From assembly GCA_050618075.1 (NCBI GenBank), contig JBNLVL010000026.1, positions 58,558 to 122,557 on the forward strand: a DNA stretch of 64,000 bases, given 5' to 3'. Within the stretch, counting starts at the first letter, position 1. Every line of letters starts with the position of its first letter. Below are positions 62,761-64,000 of this stretch, piece by piece. The notes beneath the pieces were generated by a model. It made no database searches, was not told where the DNA came from, and saw nothing but the letters and a program-made list of their open reading frames with translations. The stretch comes from Myxococcota bacterium (GTDB taxonomy: Bacteria > Myxococcota_A > UBA9160 > UBA4427). The position numbers and the translations under genes were made by a program.

Positions 62761-63636
62761 ATGGCGAGCCCTGCGAACCGCGAATCCCAGGAGATGACGC
62801 TCCTGGTCTGCTGCCCCGACCGACGGGGCCTGGTGGCCGCCCTCGCCCAGCTCCTGTACGGCCACGGCGCCAACATCCTCGACGCCGACCAGCACACCGA
62901 CGCCATCGCGGGCCAGTTCTTCCAGCGGATCCACTTCGACGCCGCCGAGATCCACACGGACCGGCTGGCCCTCGAGCGGGCCATCGCGGAGGTGGCCGAG
63001 CGCTTCGAGATGCGCTGGGCCCTGCACGAGGCCCGGACGCGCAAGCGCGTCGCGCTCTTCGTCTCGAAGTTCGATCACTGCTTCTACGACCTGCTCATGC
63101 GCCACCGCGCCGGGGAGCTCCCGTGCGAGATCCCCCTGGTCGTCAGCAACCATCCGGACCTCGAGAGCATCGCCGCCCAGTTCGACATTCCCTTCCACGT
63201 CTTCCCGATCACCCGCGACGACAAGCGGGAGCAGGAGGAGCGGGAGCTGGCGTTGTTGAAGGAGAGCGAGATCGACCTGGTGGTGCTCGCCCGCTACATG
63301 CAGGTGCTGTCCAACGAGTTCATCGAGCACTACCCGGCGCGCATCATCAACATCCACCACTCCTTCCTGCCCGCCTTCATGGGCGGACGTCCCTACCACA
63401 AGGCCCACGAGCGCGGGGTGAAGCTGATCGGCGCCACCGCCCACTACGCCACCGCCGACCTCGACGAGGGACCGATCATCGACCAGGACGTGATCCGGGC
63501 GTCCCACCGCGACTCCGTGTCGGACCTGGTGCGCAAGGGGCGCGACGTGGAGCGGATCGTGCTCGCCCGGGCCGTCCGCTGGCACCTCGAGGATCGGGTG
63601 CTGGTGTACGGCAACAAGACGGTCGTGTTCGACTGA
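62761..63636 (+). CDS. purU: Formyltetrahydrofolate deformylase
   Basis: 291-aa ORF. N-terminal ACT domain (LLVCCPDRRGLVAALAQLL), then INIHHSFLPAFMG and GATAHYAT.DLDEGPII motifs. Confidence 0.95.
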   Translation: MASPANRESQEMTLLVCCPDRRGLVAALAQLLYGHGANILDADQHTDAIAGQFFQRIHFDAAEIHTDRLALERAIAEVAERFEMRWALHEARTRKRVALFVSKFDHCFYDLLMRHRAGELPCEIPLVVSNHPDLESIAAQFDIPFHVFPITRDDKREQEERELALLKESEIDLVVLARYMQVLSNEFIEHYPARIINIHHSFLPAFMGGRPYHKAHERGVKLIGATAHYATADLDEGPIIDQDVIRASHRDSVSDLVRKGRDVERIVLARAVRWHLEDRVLVYGNKTVVFD

Positions 63637-63637
63637 C

Positions 63638-64000
63638 ATGAACGCACGCCTGGCCATCTACGCTGCCGTGTTCGGGGTGCTGATCCTGAGCTGGGTCGCC
63701 TCGTTCGTCATCTACCGCGCGGCCGAGATGGGCGACCTGATCGCCCCCGTCGAGCTGCGCCGCTTCGAGCAGCTCACGCTGGTCGCGGTGGGCACCGGCA
63801 ACGAGTTCGAGAACCCCGCGCGCATGGGCCCGAGCCTGGCCGTGGGGCTCGCCGACGACCTCTACCTGGTGGACGCCGGCCGGGGCGTCGCCGAGGCGCT
63901 GCGAAACGCCGCGATCCCCGTGGAGCAGGTGGAGACCCTGCTGCTCACCAGCCTGCAGCTGGAAGCGACCCTGGGCCTGGACGACCTGTGGCTCACCGGC
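63638..64000 (+). CDS. MBL-fold metallo-hydrolase-like protein with N-terminal TM helix, 3'-truncated by window end
   Basis: ATG 63638 lies 1 nt after the purU stop. The frame stays open to the window end (MNARLAIYAAVFGVLILSWVASF...LTLVAVGTGNEFENPARMGPSLAV...LYLVDAGRG). Not in the track because no stop is reached. Confidence 0.65.
   Translation, partial: MNARLAIYAAVFGVLILSWVASFVIYRAAEMGDLIAPVELRRFEQLTLVAVGTGNEFENPARMGPSLAVGLADDLYLVDAGRGVAEALRNAAIPVEQVETLLLTSLQLEATLGLDDLWLTG

Overview
This is a very GC-rich bacterial chromosomal segment. Strong third-position GC bias produces many long spurious antisense ORFs in the track, which I discarded. A Cys-containing, Arg-rich C-terminal sorting tag and the general gene content hint at a Myxococcota-like organism, but this is unproven. 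I support about 46 protein genes and two tRNAs (Pro-CGG, Asn-GUU). I saw no rRNA, CRISPR array, transposase, integrase or phage genes. Gene content runs, in order:
- a thiol-redox operon
- a glycan-modification cluster (FkbM methyltransferase, Cys-rich unknown protein, GT2, epimerase)
- a cytochrome-c-fused PQQ dehydrogenase
- a molybdenum hydroxylase pair with an adjacent SGNH hydrolase
- a 1693-aa secreted multidomain oxidase/peroxidase fusion
- a glpD / AGPS-like / kinase operon with a divergent LysR regulator
- an AI-2E transporter, DUF3604 protein, RecQ and WS/DGAT
- a Zn-ribbon methyltransferase with a PqqD-like tail
- an MMPL exporter, GreA, and a TetR-MFP-RND efflux operon
- TrkA, an AtoE-like transporter, an ABC exporter pair and an MFS transporter
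- a ParA-like ATPase, a cyclase, and a membrane-fused spermidine-synthase-like protein
- DUF4397, DoxX, an outer-membrane barrel protein, PurU and a partial MBL hydrolase

Most notable observations:
1. An in-frame TGA sits exactly at the first Cys of a CxxC redox motif, with a Cys paralog 2.4 kb away and a SECIS-like hairpin just downstream. This is a candidate selenoprotein that ORF callers truncate.
2. A dispersed, structured, non-coding repeat family has at least four copies. Two of them form a roughly 685-bp imperfect palindrome with G-quadruplex-prone G-runs at its centre.
3. The giant secreted protein fuses a copper-radical-oxidase-like module to a di-haem peroxidase-like module.
4. Short tandem-repeat arrays recur directly in the 5' leaders of several genes.

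All calls rest on reading the sequence and on motif recall. No database search was run.
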